A stretch of DNA of 58,913 nt. Origin: a virus. Taxonomy: Duplodnaviria; Caudoviricetes. The notes beneath the pieces are model-generated. The model did not search any database and was not told the DNA's origin. It saw nothing but the letters and a program-made list of their open reading frames with translations. The translations under genes were made by a program, and so were the position numbers. Shown in pieces: positions 39,792-50,591 of this stretch; positions within the stretch are counted from its first letter, which is position 1, and each line of letters starts with the position of its first letter. The stretch is taken from IMG/VR virus record IMGVR_UViG_3300017747_002695, positions 1-58,913 of that record; one strand, 5' to 3'.

Positions 39792-41732
39792 CTAAAAAAA
39801 CGTAAGCTGCCTAGGCTTTGGCGCATACCCAATCTCCTCTAATATCGATTTGGCTTTATCAAAATACCACTGATAATTTATATCAGTTGGAAATTCATCA
39901 GGCATGTCTAAACATGGCCTAGCCCCATCACTATCAGCTACTTTGCTATTGTGAGCAACAGTTCTAATACAATCTGTCTCACCTACTGCATAATACCAGC
40001 GTAGCACCTTCCCCAAATATTCACCTTTCCAATGAGCGCCGGGGGCTTTAGCTTGCCTCACTGTAACAAATCTAGTGAAGTCTTTGCAATTTAAAATAGT
40101 TTCTTCAATTGGCATACCTTTGGACAACAAAGCTTCAATTGCATCAGTGCAAATTAGAACAACTGGATTAGTATCAAGTTTTGTTCCTGATTGCGATCCT
40201 ACTTCGCTCCATGGTCCTTTAATTTTAACTTTACCATCTTCTTTAACAGCAAAGTAGCTATTAACATTCATAGCAAAATATCCAGTATATTGAACATCTT
40301 CAAGATTGAAATTTGTCAACTTCTCCCAATATTTTGTCCAGTATGTAACTTTATCTTCATCTTCTTCTTTATAGTAAACTGTTAAGCCATCTGTGTTAGC
40401 TGATACAACTTCCAAACCAGAACATTCAAACATTTCAGCTAACATGAGAATTGATAACTGTCCTGTTAAATTCATTTGAATAGTATGACCGGGTGAATAC
40501 ATTTTAGAATAAGGATCGCTGTACTTACCGGACATGCCGTTCAAGAAAATCTTTAATCCTTTATCCTTAGTAAACTGCTTTAGACGTTTAGCATCTACTC
40601 TCTGCTCTTTGAAGCCACCATATACCTTTAAAAAATTAGGGCCAAGAGCTATAGGACAAAGCTTCATATTTAAAATAGCATTTGGATAGTAGCTGGTAAC
40701 ATCAACATCACGTAACTTGCGACCATTGATCGCACGATAAGCTTTAGTCTTATCTTTTGAGTGCAATCCACCAATTCCCACACTATAATAAGCGTCGCCA
40801 ATTCTAACAGGCTCATTCAATATTTCAGGTGGAATGATTTTACCAAAATCTCCAATGATAAATTTGGCCTGTCTGACGCGGCCTAAAAGCTCTTTCATTT
40901 GATCAGTGGCATATGAAATGTATTCTGGCACTTCATATTTGTAGACTGTTCCAGCTTCAATTTCAGGACGCTTTACAGGCTTTCCATTTAGTTTGCTTAC
41001 TAGCTTAGGTATCACAGTTTCAGCAATCTGAGCGTCAGATTTGCTCATTAAATCTTCGTTGTATTCAGCGCTCATAGCTTCGCGTAATTCAAGGCGCTCT
41101 TTCATAAAATGAAAAAGTTCTTCAGTTATGCAAAGCTGAGTGAAGTTAAAATGCTTTAACTCACCTATTTCAAATTCTGTAAGATCAGCATTAATATCGA
41201 AAGGCTGTTCCTGAATTGACTTAGTATGGATACGAGCACCGTAAAGCTTAAGGCTACCCTTGAGCGGCGCAACCTGCATCAAGTCAATATGACTAGTCTT
41301 GTAAGTGAAGAAAGAATACTTTTTCTTTAAATCCTCTGGCCTGTAATTGTTTACAATTAGGTCATTAACGCTCTCTTTTAGTATAGCTGCATCCTGACAA
41401 GTGTAAGCGTGCCAGATAATGATAGTATCAAAAGCTATAGAGTTAAATCCAATGGTTCTATAGCTCAGCATTAACCATGATAGAAACTTAGGATTAAAGC
41501 TTCTGCCTTCCCCACACTCTAGCATTAGAAATTTATTGGCATTTAGTAGTTTAAATGTGATTAGAAAGTAGTTAGGATAACTTTCTACGTTTACAAAAAG
41601 TGTGCCTCCTACATTTGCTAGTATTTCAGCATCAGTAAGATACTCACGCTCAGGATGCTGGCGCGGTTTGTAGGGTGATAATGTTACTTTTTTATCTAAA
41701 ACTATTAGACCGTTTTCATTAAGTGTGGGCAT
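39792..41732 (-). CDS. DNA polymerase, family B-like; exonuclease motifs degenerate
   Basis: DVTSYYPN, KIFLNGMSGK, VVSANTDG, KIKG. Confidence 0.9.
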   Translation of the reverse strand: MPTLNENGLIVLDKKVTLSPYKPRQHPEREYLTDAEILANVGGTLFVNVESYPNYFLITFKLLNANKFLMLECGEGRSFNPKFLSWLMLSYRTIGFNSIAFDTIIIWHAYTCQDAAILKESVNDLIVNNYRPEDLKKKYSFFTYKTSHIDLMQVAPLKGSLKLYGARIHTKSIQEQPFDINADLTEFEIGELKHFNFTQLCITEELFHFMKERLELREAMSAEYNEDLMSKSDAQIAETVIPKLVSKLNGKPVKRPEIEAGTVYKYEVPEYISYATDQMKELLGRVRQAKFIIGDFGKIIPPEILNEPVRIGDAYYSVGIGGLHSKDKTKAYRAINGRKLRDVDVTSYYPNAILNMKLCPIALGPNFLKVYGGFKEQRVDAKRLKQFTKDKGLKIFLNGMSGKYSDPYSKMYSPGHTIQMNLTGQLSILMLAEMFECSGLEVVSANTDGLTVYYKEEDEDKVTYWTKYWEKLTNFNLEDVQYTGYFAMNVNSYFAVKEDGKVKIKGPWSEVGSQSGTKLDTNPVVLICTDAIEALLSKGMPIEETILNCKDFTRFVTVRQAKAPGAHWKGEYLGKVLRWYYAVGETDCIRTVAHNSKVADSDGARPCLDMPDEFPTDINYQWYFDKAKSILEEIGYAPKPRQLTFF

Positions 41733-42488
41733 AGCTCAATAATACTTTCGCTTCATCTAGCGTATCAATTGGACCAAGCGAGCAAAATTCAAAATCTATC
41801 CAATATTTAATTTTATCAAACCAAAACCTACGTTTAATGATTTCCTTTCTAATCATAGGTGGCTTAACTTTAAATTCCGCATAGCCATACATTACTGTGA
41901 TAGTTTCACTCACTTCACATATTCCTTCACCGCTTCCTGAATATCCTTCAATACAGCAATATTTTCTTCACATGCCAGAATAGTCTTTTCTAAACATGTA
42001 GGGCATATAGCTAATCCGCTAGGAACTATAGGTAGTAGACCCATTTCAACAGCTAAAGCTTCCTCGTAAGACTTAGCTATAGCTATAGCATTTATAGCTG
42101 ATTTTTGAAAAGATATCATTTGCGCACCTAATTGCCCTGCCGTAACTAGCATAGAGCTAATGCGCTTTTCTTCTTTATCTTTAATAATTGAATATGGATA
42201 GTCTTTTGTACGAGCTTTAAAATAATGCTCAACTCCAGCATGACTATCGAATAGCAAAGCAAAGCAAGTGCTATGCTCATCGTTATGAAATTGATTGGTC
42301 ATGCTAATTTAACCTTTCATATTCTTTATGATATTGAGACATGCGCTTTTCCTGATCTTTTTCAAATAAATCAGGATGACAGCAAGAAAAATCAGGGCAG
42401 CATTCCCCATCTATATAATTATGGTAAGATTTACCTTCAGCCCAAGCTAAACATTGAAGTCTAGCGCGTTCTCTATATAAAGGATTGC

Positions 42489-43496
42489 TCACGTTCTTTG
42501 CCTCCCACTAATTATAGCTCTACTGTTATCACCATAAGCAACCAAACAATAGCTACTATCATGAACTCCATTAGCCATATAGTCTATAGTTTTGACAAAA
42601 GGTTTAAGCATTAGCAATTGCTTTATAGGATATACAAAACCTTTTGGCAATCCTGTAACTTCATAGCTAGCGCCATTATTTTCAGCGTGGCTCATTAAAA
42701 GATTAGTATCAGAATAAACACAGCCATCTTCAGAGAAAGGAGCTACTGCAGCTAAAGCTTTAAAAAAATTAGGATCAATAGACCATAGATTTCCTTTAAG
42801 CTCTAATATGCGGCTTACATCAGGCCATTGCTCAGAGTATAATTGCGTTCTTAGCCAGCAACCATCTTCAAAATAAAATGTAGCACTACAATTAGAAAAA
42901 CCAAATCCAACTAGATTTTTCTTAACTGATACTAGAGCTTTTACAAATTCTTTAGGTAATGGAACATTAGGAGGAAGGTCTAACCCATGCCAATGCTCCA
43001 TAATCATAACTCTATTTGTAGATATTACAGAAGCTCCATTCATTAGAACACTGGCTGTTAAAACGTGCTGAGCATTCTCATTAGCTAGTACACCTACAGC
43101 TTCTACAGCATCTTTAAAAGCGTTTGAGCAAGATGCTATCATAGGATCAGGTATAGCATCTTGCATAATATCTGTGGCTAAACATGGGATAACGGCTTTA
43201 AATTTTCCAGATTTAATAGATAGCCTACCATTGTCTAATTGAGTTAGAGAGAAGCCTTCTTCGCACTTTGATAAAGCTTCTATTATAGATTGCCCATGAG
43301 GGTATATCGTTAAGCCTTCATCAATAGGAGCACCAGCAGCAATAATACCATTGAAAGCAACGGCCCATTTATTTTGTAAACCGACATGCGTTTCATACGG
43401 CGTTCCTTCTTTTGATAGTACAGCCCCGCAAAATTCAAGTGCTGTTAGCAACTTGGATTTAGTTTCTGTCTTTGTTGATCGTGGAGCGCGAGACAT
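42489..43496 (-). CDS. Sliding clamp (beta-like) candidate
   Basis: 335 aa, LSIKSGKFKA, ISTNR, WPDVSRIL; near the polymerase gene. Confidence 0.6.
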   Translation of the reverse strand: MSRAPRSTKTETKSKLLTALEFCGAVLSKEGTPYETHVGLQNKWAVAFNGIIAAGAPIDEGLTIYPHGQSIIEALSKCEEGFSLTQLDNGRLSIKSGKFKAVIPCLATDIMQDAIPDPMIASCSNAFKDAVEAVGVLANENAQHVLTASVLMNGASVISTNRVMIMEHWHGLDLPPNVPLPKEFVKALVSVKKNLVGFGFSNCSATFYFEDGCWLRTQLYSEQWPDVSRILELKGNLWSIDPNFFKALAAVAPFSEDGCVYSDTNLLMSHAENNGASYEVTGLPKGFVYPIKQLLMLKPFVKTIDYMANGVHDSSYCLVAYGDNSRAIISGRQRT

Positions 43497-43733
43497 TTAA
43501 CCACCACTAGAAAGGTATATCATTATTATCGGCGTATTCCGGGCAACTATAAACAATGATATCGGTTGGAGGTTTAGCTTTAAATTTTCCGCATTGATCT
43601 TCTGCAAAATTCCAATGTGAACAATTTAAGCAATTTTGAAATATATTAGCTATCGTTATCTGACGTACAAGAGTTGTCTGAAGATTTAGCCAAGCCTCTT
43701 GTCTTAGAATTGGTTTAGGTTCTTTATAAGCCA

Positions 43734-45353
43734 TTAAAATTCAACTCCTAGCACCTCTGGATACTTACGATTTACATGTACTCTTATAAATCTAGGGCAA
43801 CGTAATCTGCTAATATGAGGTAATGCCGCATCAATAGTAGCAGGAGGCTCTATTGCAATTCTTTTACGCCACCAGTCCCTAGCCAGCTTTCCAGCTATTC
43901 CAGAATGCTCTAAGCATACATACTCAGTGTAGGTTTGCATAGTAGTAAAATACATAGCTTTTAACGTATTAGGCTTATCTAATTTTCCTTCATGTTTAAT
44001 GTAGATAGCATTTAACACTGGTATAGTTTCTATAATAGGAGTTGGCTCAGAGGCGGCAGTTTTAATTAATTCATCTGTACCAGCTTTAGAAATTATCTTA
44101 ACCTGAAAAGTAAAAGCCTCTCCACATTGGCAACAAAAAGCGACCTTAGTATGATTGTAGGCACCGCAATATTCACAAAGTTTAACTGGCATATCTCCAG
44201 CTTCACCCTTTTTCATTTTTGGAATTTGCGGGTCATTAATAGGGCCTAACCGTGGGGTATTACGCGCAAAGTCTAATACTTTACAATTAGTTTTATTGAA
44301 CGATCCTAATCTATCAGCTAACCAGATAGCAGGTCTAGTTCCTCTACCAAGCATCTGTACCCAAAGAGGTACTGATAGTGTAGCTCTAAACATTCCAATA
44401 AGGTCAATCCATGGATGATTAAAACCTGTAGTAAGCTTACCATAATTTACAATAGCTCGCAATTCAAAATTCTTAAATGCATCGATAGCAGCTTTATTGT
44501 ACGCATCTGGCCTCTTTGAATGTACTGGAGCGCAATCAATACCAAATGCGCCAAGCTGTTCAGCTATATGCTCAGCATGTTCAACACCGCTTGCAAATAA
44601 TAACCAGCATCGCCTATCTTGGCCAAAGTGAACCATTTCTTTGATAGCAGCGTATGTAACCTCTGCTTTATCTACAGCCCCTTGTAATTGAGTTGCTACA
44701 AACTCTCCATTTTGAACACCAACATTAGATAAATCAAATTCAGTTCTAGTACGTTGTGGAATTAATGGAGACATAAAGCCAGCATCTAGAAGCTCATTAA
44801 ATCCTTCATAGTCAGTTTTATCATAAACTATATCAGTAAAAATGCCATTGTTAGTGAGCATACCCATGCCCATACGATATTTAGTCGCTGTCATACCCAC
44901 AATTTTAAGATTTGGGTTGATCAGCTTCATCATACTTAGCAGGGAATGGTACTCACTCTCACTATCACCTGATAGCAAATGAGCTTCATCGATAAAAATT
45001 AAATCACGATGGCCAAACCAATCAGCCTTTTTAACCATAGATCGCACTCCACCATAAATGATAGGGTGCGCGTAGTCACGTTGCTTTAATCCTGCTGAGT
45101 ATATACCTAATGGTGCTTCAGGCCATAGCTTTAAAAGTTCTTCAGCATTTTGAGCTATAAGCTCTTTAACATGAGTGATCATGCCAAAACGTTGCATAGG
45201 CCATCTACGCAATATACCATGAATAAATGCGGCGGGTAAAACAGACTTGCCAGTTCCGGTTGGGAGAGCCACAAGGGGATGGCCATTAGGATGTGTTAAA
45301 AAGTAGTTGTATAATGCATCTAAAGCTTCTTTTTGATAATATCTAAGCTCCAT
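43734..45353 (-). CDS. SF2 helicase with Zn-finger
   Basis: LRYYQ, PTGTGKS, DEAH, TAT, QMLGRGTR, CEYC/CCQC. Confidence 0.92.
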   Translation of the reverse strand: MELRYYQKEALDALYNYFLTHPNGHPLVALPTGTGKSVLPAAFIHGILRRWPMQRFGMITHVKELIAQNAEELLKLWPEAPLGIYSAGLKQRDYAHPIIYGGVRSMVKKADWFGHRDLIFIDEAHLLSGDSESEYHSLLSMMKLINPNLKIVGMTATKYRMGMGMLTNNGIFTDIVYDKTDYEGFNELLDAGFMSPLIPQRTRTEFDLSNVGVQNGEFVATQLQGAVDKAEVTYAAIKEMVHFGQDRRCWLLFASGVEHAEHIAEQLGAFGIDCAPVHSKRPDAYNKAAIDAFKNFELRAIVNYGKLTTGFNHPWIDLIGMFRATLSVPLWVQMLGRGTRPAIWLADRLGSFNKTNCKVLDFARNTPRLGPINDPQIPKMKKGEAGDMPVKLCEYCGAYNHTKVAFCCQCGEAFTFQVKIISKAGTDELIKTAASEPTPIIETIPVLNAIYIKHEGKLDKPNTLKAMYFTTMQTYTEYVCLEHSGIAGKLARDWWRKRIAIEPPATIDAALPHISRLRCPRFIRVHVNRKYPEVLGVEF

Positions 45354-45870
45354 TAGATCGCGGCCTTCTATTTTGAGTTTGCTCTAAAGGAGTTGACCAT
45401 TTACAATTAGATTTTTCGTAATTTCCATTCACGTCAATCCTATCTAATGTTTTTCCTTCAGGTCTTTCACCCATGTCCCAAAGAAAATTATCAAAATCAT
45501 CCCAACGTTCACAAACCTTAATACCTCTGCCTCCATACCAATGATAGCCGGGATTATTAGGATTATTACATCTACTTCTCATAGCTTCCCAACTAGAGTA
45601 TGTACCAATTCTATTAGCTCTTTTCTTTCCATTTATAGTAGCGTTTCTACCATTAGTTAAACCATGCTTACTGTTTCTACTAACATCGCTTTTTAAGCAT
45701 CCACATGATTTTACACCACCTGATAAAAGATTTCCTCTAACTACAATTCTAATTGTTCCACAATCACATATACATTCCCAACTCATACTTTTACCAGCAG
45801 TAGGAATAGGAGCAACGCAGACTAACCGTCCAAAACGTTGCCCTGTCATGTCTTTAAATTTCTGTCCCAT
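45343..45870 (-). CDS. HNH homing endonuclease
   Basis: GQRFGRL, WECICDCG, YGGRGIKVCERW, TLDRIDVNGNYEKSNCKW. Confidence 0.9.
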   Translation of the reverse strand: MGQKFKDMTGQRFGRLVCVAPIPTAGKSMSWECICDCGTIRIVVRGNLLSGGVKSCGCLKSDVSRNSKHGLTNGRNATINGKKRANRIGTYSSWEAMRSRCNNPNNPGYHWYGGRGIKVCERWDDFDNFLWDMGERPEGKTLDRIDVNGNYEKSNCKWSTPLEQTQNRRPRSNGA

Positions 45871-45968
45871 ATCCTCTATAAAGAGGATTTAAGCGGGCAT
45901 GTCAATAAGAATATAAACCTATATAAAGCGTCTAGTGCTTCCTGCTGGTAATAGCGAAGTTGGATCAT

Positions 45969-46553
45969 TTAAAACCATCGCTCCAAAGCGTTAGTTACTG
46001 CATATTTGATTTCATCAGGGGTAGCTTTCCTAGGAATGGCATCTACCCAATCTGTGCCATAATTCCAAAAAACTCTAGCCTGCTCAGTATCTCCAACTCG
46101 TTTATTTAATGTAATAGAGCCATCTTGAAATTTAGTTTCATGTATTTCATCAGCAGTTTGCGCATAATTATCGCCAGCTTTATAAATTTCTGGCGTCTGT
46201 GGATAAAGTTGGCAAACTTGAATAGGAGATTTACTTAACCCGCCACCTTCTCCAGTTTTAATAATTGTAAAACTGTGTGTAGGATTGGAACTGTTAATTT
46301 CCATATCGTATCGCTGATTTGCAAATTCTCCAGCTACAATTAGAGATTTAAAATCCCAAGGATGATCATGAATAGTAGAAACATTAGGTACAGTAAATTT
46401 ATTATTCCACAAATTTAAGCGATACATTTTAGGAGTTTCAGGAGGCCCAAAGTAAGTACGCAAAAATCCAAATCCTTGTACAGTCCATTCTCTAGTTTTA
46501 TCACGTAGAATAGTAGCTACTAGAGGTTTGATAAATTCTATATTGGCAACCAT
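45969..46553 (-). CDS. Cupin/cysteine-dioxygenase-like protein
   Basis: IHDHPWDFKS.IVAG...IH metal-binding pattern. Confidence 0.55.
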   Translation of the reverse strand: MVANIEFIKPLVATILRDKTREWTVQGFGFLRTYFGPPETPKMYRLNLWNNKFTVPNVSTIHDHPWDFKSLIVAGEFANQRYDMEINSSNPTHSFTIIKTGEGGGLSKSPIQVCQLYPQTPEIYKAGDNYAQTADEIHETKFQDGSITLNKRVGDTEQARVFWNYGTDWVDAIPRKATPDEIKYAVTNALERWF

Positions 46554-47536
46554 TGCTCACATCCTTTTTTTATAAAATCTTGAGGAATTATACCCTTATG
46601 AAACGTGCAAGTCCAAGTAGCATCTTCAGTTGGTATGGCGTATCTACAGCTTCTACAATTCTTTTCAGGTGTCTCTCCATCAAAGCAAATTCCTTTATGA
46701 TGGCAGAATTTGCAATTAAACATAGATGGGTTTTCGCTGATACGTGGAGGAGGTTCTTTGCTGAAAATAATGCTTTCAGCCTTTTTCTCCATTTGCGCGC
46801 CTAAGTTCCAATCAAGCTCTACTATCTTGAATGTTATATGGCTATCATTTTTATTTTCAATCATATATAAGCCAAAGCGAATACCATTTTTATAACCATA
46901 TTGGCTCATTTGAGCATAGTGCTTAGGCTTAGCTTTGGCTAACCCTTTTGTGTCTACGTCACTAAACTTAGGTCCAGTCGCGTTAGTTTTAAATTCATTA
47001 ACAAATATTAAATCGGTGCTTAGATTGTATCTTGCTGGGGGCTTACACTTACCATCTAGCGATCCTCCGTAATGCCCCCATGCTCCTGAAATTCTCCATT
47101 GCTTTAATGTTATCCCTCTTTTTTCAGCATCTAAAAATCTATAATGCGCTGTTACAGGAAGAAATGATCCTACTCCACCAGATTTATCAGCATCCCATTC
47201 CAGTACTTTATACTCATTAAGCTGCTCACTATACCAAAGCTCTTGAGCAAACTCTTTTACTTCAAACCCAATACCTCTAAGATATTGCACAAATCTAGGC
47301 TCAGCAGAATGACCAACATTAAACAGTCGCAACATGCGCCCATCAAATATCTCTTGTTTAACCCATCTAAACCCATACCAAAGTTTGCGCCAACATTCCT
47401 CACCTAGTTCAGATGCGCCTAGATGATTGCGATGACCTTGCTCATATATGCTTACACAATAAGCGTCTACATCAGCAGATATAAGCTGTTCTAATGCTAG
47501 ACGTTCTATAGGTAGATTTAAATCTATTGTGGGCAT
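46538..47536 (-). CDS. Cas4-like PD-(D/E)xK exonuclease
   Basis: HLGASELGEECWR, GSLDG, EFKT, HYAQM..Y, CKFC.....C. Confidence 0.8.
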   Translation of the reverse strand: MPTIDLNLPIERLALEQLISADVDAYCVSIYEQGHRNHLGASELGEECWRKLWYGFRWVKQEIFDGRMLRLFNVGHSAEPRFVQYLRGIGFEVKEFAQELWYSEQLNEYKVLEWDADKSGGVGSFLPVTAHYRFLDAEKRGITLKQWRISGAWGHYGGSLDGKCKPPARYNLSTDLIFVNEFKTNATGPKFSDVDTKGLAKAKPKHYAQMSQYGYKNGIRFGLYMIENKNDSHITFKIVELDWNLGAQMEKKAESIIFSKEPPPRISENPSMFNCKFCHHKGICFDGETPEKNCRSCRYAIPTEDATWTCTFHKGIIPQDFIKKGCEQWLPI

Positions 47537-47549
47537 TATATATTCCAAT

Positions 47550-47590
47550 AAAAAGGGATTGATAATAAAAGCGACTTTACTATCAATCCC
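47550..47590 (-). terminator. Intrinsic terminator
   Basis: GGGATTGATA/TATCAATCCC stem, T tract on minus strand. Confidence 0.6.
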
Positions 47591-47636
47591 AAAGTTTGTT
47601 TAACAGTTAATACGGCTTATTATTCATAGCAGCCTA

Positions 47637-48275
47637 TTACCTAGCTCCCCAAGGCGGGGTATTGCCAGCAGGAGCACCCCCGCCGGGTTGCCATGGCTGA
47701 CCGCCAGCAGGAGGCTGCTGTTGCTGTGGCTGTTGCTGAGTGACTTGAGGCTGGCCACCAGCTTGTGGCCAAGCGCCGTTTTGCTGAGCTACCATAGGCT
47801 GCACTTGAGGCTGTACTTGCTGTTGTGGCTGAGCTTGAACTTGTGAAGCCTTACCCGGTTCATTACCGCCAAGATCATACACCTTCTTAAGCTCAGTGTA
47901 GCCACCAGCAGGCTTCTCAGGAGTAGGTTCTTCGCCCTTCTGATAACCAACGTCAATCAAGCATTGAGCACCACGCAAAGCAGCACCTTCATTAGTCCAA
48001 TCAATTTGAAAACGCTGAGTAGCATGGCAAAGTGCAGAAAGTTGGCCATGAGCAATTTCTACAGCCTTTGGCGTTTTGTTCCAAACGTTATAGCGGTGAA
48101 TTTGAGTACCCATAGGGGTAGTAAATTCAACTTCAAAAAATCCACCATCCTTACTAGCATTTTCTTTAATTGCTGTTCCAGTAATAGTAGCCTGAGCTTT
48201 ACTAGCTGGAGGATGGCCGCTCATACCCTGATTAGGCTGATACTGCTGAGCGTTGAACGAACCTGACATCTGCAT
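47637..48275 (-). CDS. DUF669-like single-stranded DNA-binding protein
   Basis: YNVWN...AVEIA..QLSALCHA; Q/P-rich tail ending PPW. Confidence 0.75.
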   Translation of the reverse strand: MQMSGSFNAQQYQPNQGMSGHPPASKAQATITGTAIKENASKDGGFFEVEFTTPMGTQIHRYNVWNKTPKAVEIAHGQLSALCHATQRFQIDWTNEGAALRGAQCLIDVGYQKGEEPTPEKPAGGYTELKKVYDLGGNEPGKASQVQAQPQQQVQPQVQPMVAQQNGAWPQAGGQPQVTQQQPQQQQPPAGGQPWQPGGGAPAGNTPPWGAR

Positions 48276-48706
48276 TAGTATTTATCCTTATACTTTATTG
48301 ATAGAGTTGATACGACGGATAGAAGCACACAAGCGAGCTTCTAAGTTTGAAATGCTATCGTCAAGCTGATCAGAAAGCGATATTGCTTTACTCATATTAA
48401 CAATCAGCTTTGGCGGTGCAGCAGACATTTCTACATTCATTCGCCTAGTCTGCCAAGCCTTTTTAGCGATAGCTGAGCGAGAAAGTTTTGCCATTACACG
48501 TTACCCCAACCACTTTGTACAGGAGCAGGAGTAGGATTTGCTACCTTACCAAATTCCTTAAGTCGTTTGTTGAGGTAGTTGATGCGTTCAATATGGTTAT
48601 CAAACCCATCGACACTCATTAGTTGACCATGACTAATGATCAACTTTTTAATTTCATTCTCAGTCAAATTACAAGCCTTAGTATCAGTCATTCTCATTCC
48701 CTTTCT

Positions 48707-49405
48707 TTAATAACTAAACTTAGGTGGAGCATTCATGGCTTTTTCAACCAAAGCCGTGAAATTAGGCGGCTCGTAATCATCTAAATTTCCTGTACGATTA
48801 CGCGCCATTGTATTGTACGTACCATTGCATTGAAATGCTAGGGTATCTGGTGGCATTCCCGGTACAATTGTTTTAGCCAGCCGCAAGATAAAATCATACA
48901 AATGCGGCACTTGAATTGGCAACACTTGACCGGGAAAGTAGGGACGGCGCATTGCTTGACCGTCTAAATCTTTAACCTCCTCTTTGCAAATTACATAGGT
49001 ATGTTTGTATTTAGTATAGTACAAGGTACGCAAATGCTCCATTGTACTTTCTGCCATTTCTCCATAAGCTTTCATACCATGCTTATTAGATTTCTGAGCA
49101 GCAATCAAATAAATATCTGCAATCTGGCTACCGCTATCAATTCCTAGCGTATCAAAATTCTTGGTTTCAGTGGAATTGAAAAACCAACGGAAAAATTCAT
49201 CAACTTTAGCTGGAGTATATGCTTCATATGTTGGAATTTTGCTACCCTTCATTGATAGCAAACCGGGCTCAGTCGCTAGCAGCAATGGTCGCGGCGCTGT
49301 ATTAAACACAGGTGTTTTACCGCTACCTGCTGGTCCGTAAATTAAACATTTACAGCCAAAGTTAATGGCATGGTCGCCTGCTGCTTTTAAATCACGAATG
49401 TCCAT
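48707..49405 (-). CDS. Sak4-like AAA_24 ATPase
   Basis: LIYGPAGSGKT, TEPGLLS, IDS, AYGEM. Confidence 0.8.
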   Translation of the reverse strand: MDIRDLKAAGDHAINFGCKCLIYGPAGSGKTPVFNTAPRPLLLATEPGLLSMKGSKIPTYEAYTPAKVDEFFRWFFNSTETKNFDTLGIDSGSQIADIYLIAAQKSNKHGMKAYGEMAESTMEHLRTLYYTKYKHTYVICKEEVKDLDGQAMRRPYFPGQVLPIQVPHLYDFILRLAKTIVPGMPPDTLAFQCNGTYNTMARNRTGNLDDYEPPNFTALVEKAMNAPPKFSY

Positions 49406-49599
49406 TAAGCTGTTTCCCAACGCTTAAGCGCGTCCATAGCATTAAGCTCTGGTACAATCTGATTGCTATACTGTCCTTGTGTAGCATGAGCAATCAACCT
49501 GATTGAACACCACATTACTATAGATTTTGGTAGACGCCATGCAATAAAAATTAAAATCTTTTCTTTCATCACTTCTTTCCCTTCTTCGCTTTCGGCTCC

Positions 49600-50109
49600 T
49601 TACGGATGCACATAGTTATCTCTTTTATTACGATTATCAGCTTTCCATAATGGTTGAAAATTAGTGAAATGAAAAGCTACCTTCTGTTCTTCTATGTTGG
49701 ATAGATTAAATAAAGCTAATGGTTTGATATGATCTAACTCCCACTCACCATGATTTTCCCAAGACATACCATCTGAAAATTTAGCAGTTATATAATTTTT
49801 AAAATCTTCAATCTCACAACCTAAAAGGTCTAATGCTGATTTAAGTTTTAAACCTTTTAAGGATTGGTAAAGCCTAGTTCTTAAACTCATACGCAGTTTA
49901 AAATTTGGGTCAACTGCTTTACGTTTCTTATTATAGTCGTTCATATAACCTTTATTGTTATCTCGCCAAGCTTGTTTAGAACGACGCAAAGAAGCAGCAT
50001 ATTCAGGATTATTAGCTATTTGCTGCTTTTTCTTTTATCTGAGTATGGCTCTATTTTTACGTCCATACTCTTTCATATATTCTTTTTGCTGTTCTGGTGT
50101 CCAACTCAT
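49600..50109 (-). pseudogene. HNH-type endonuclease with in-frame TAA
   Basis: ATG 50109, TAA 50037-50035, then LLGC...MSWENHGEWELDHIKP...FHFTNFQPLW...N..K. Confidence 0.7.
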
Positions 50110-50591
50110 TTCTTTTTAGCACGAGGCTCCTTGATCTCCAACGTAGGAGCAGCTTCAGTGATAGTAAGCATATCTTCAATTAGTTTTAAACATTCTTTTG
50201 CGAACTGTTCACCTTTTTCAGCATCATCTGATAATTGGCGATATTCAGTAAGCAGAAAGTTTGGTTTCCAGCTAACTAAACGATCAGCAATAAATGGGCC
50301 TTGATTGCCAAGTTTAGAAATTTTATCTAGCACAGTCTCCACAACATCATTATCAGCAAGATTGTAGTTATACTTCACAGCGGCTTTAAGTTCATAACCG
50401 TTGCCAAGCTCTTTCTTATTCATGCCTTCAGTCTTTTGTGGGAAAGCTCTACTCACAATATACTTACGCAACTCTAATTCTGCGGTTTTTGCTAATTCTA
50501 CGTTTTTTTTAAGCTCATCCCATTTCATCAACAAGTCATCTTCAGACATATTGTCGTAAGGATTTAGTGAAGGCCAAGCTATATCAGACAT
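50106..50591 (-). CDS. Conserved replication-module protein
   Basis: ELELRK...EG....LGNGYELKA...WKP...EYRQL. Confidence 0.6.
   Translation of the reverse strand: MSDIAWPSLNPYDNMSEDDLLMKWDELKKNVELAKTAELELRKYIVSRAFPQKTEGMNKKELGNGYELKAAVKYNYNLADNDVVETVLDKISKLGNQGPFIADRLVSWKPNFLLTEYRQLSDDAEKGEQFAKECLKLIEDMLTITEAAPTLEIKEPRAKKK

Noticed and set aside
46538-47536. CRISPR-Cas system
   Set aside because: Stand-alone Cas4-like nuclease in a replication operon; no array or other cas genes seen
287-50109. Stop-codon recoding or ochre suppression
   Set aside because: Only two in-frame TAA cases, TAA ends most genes normally, and no suppressor tRNA is present
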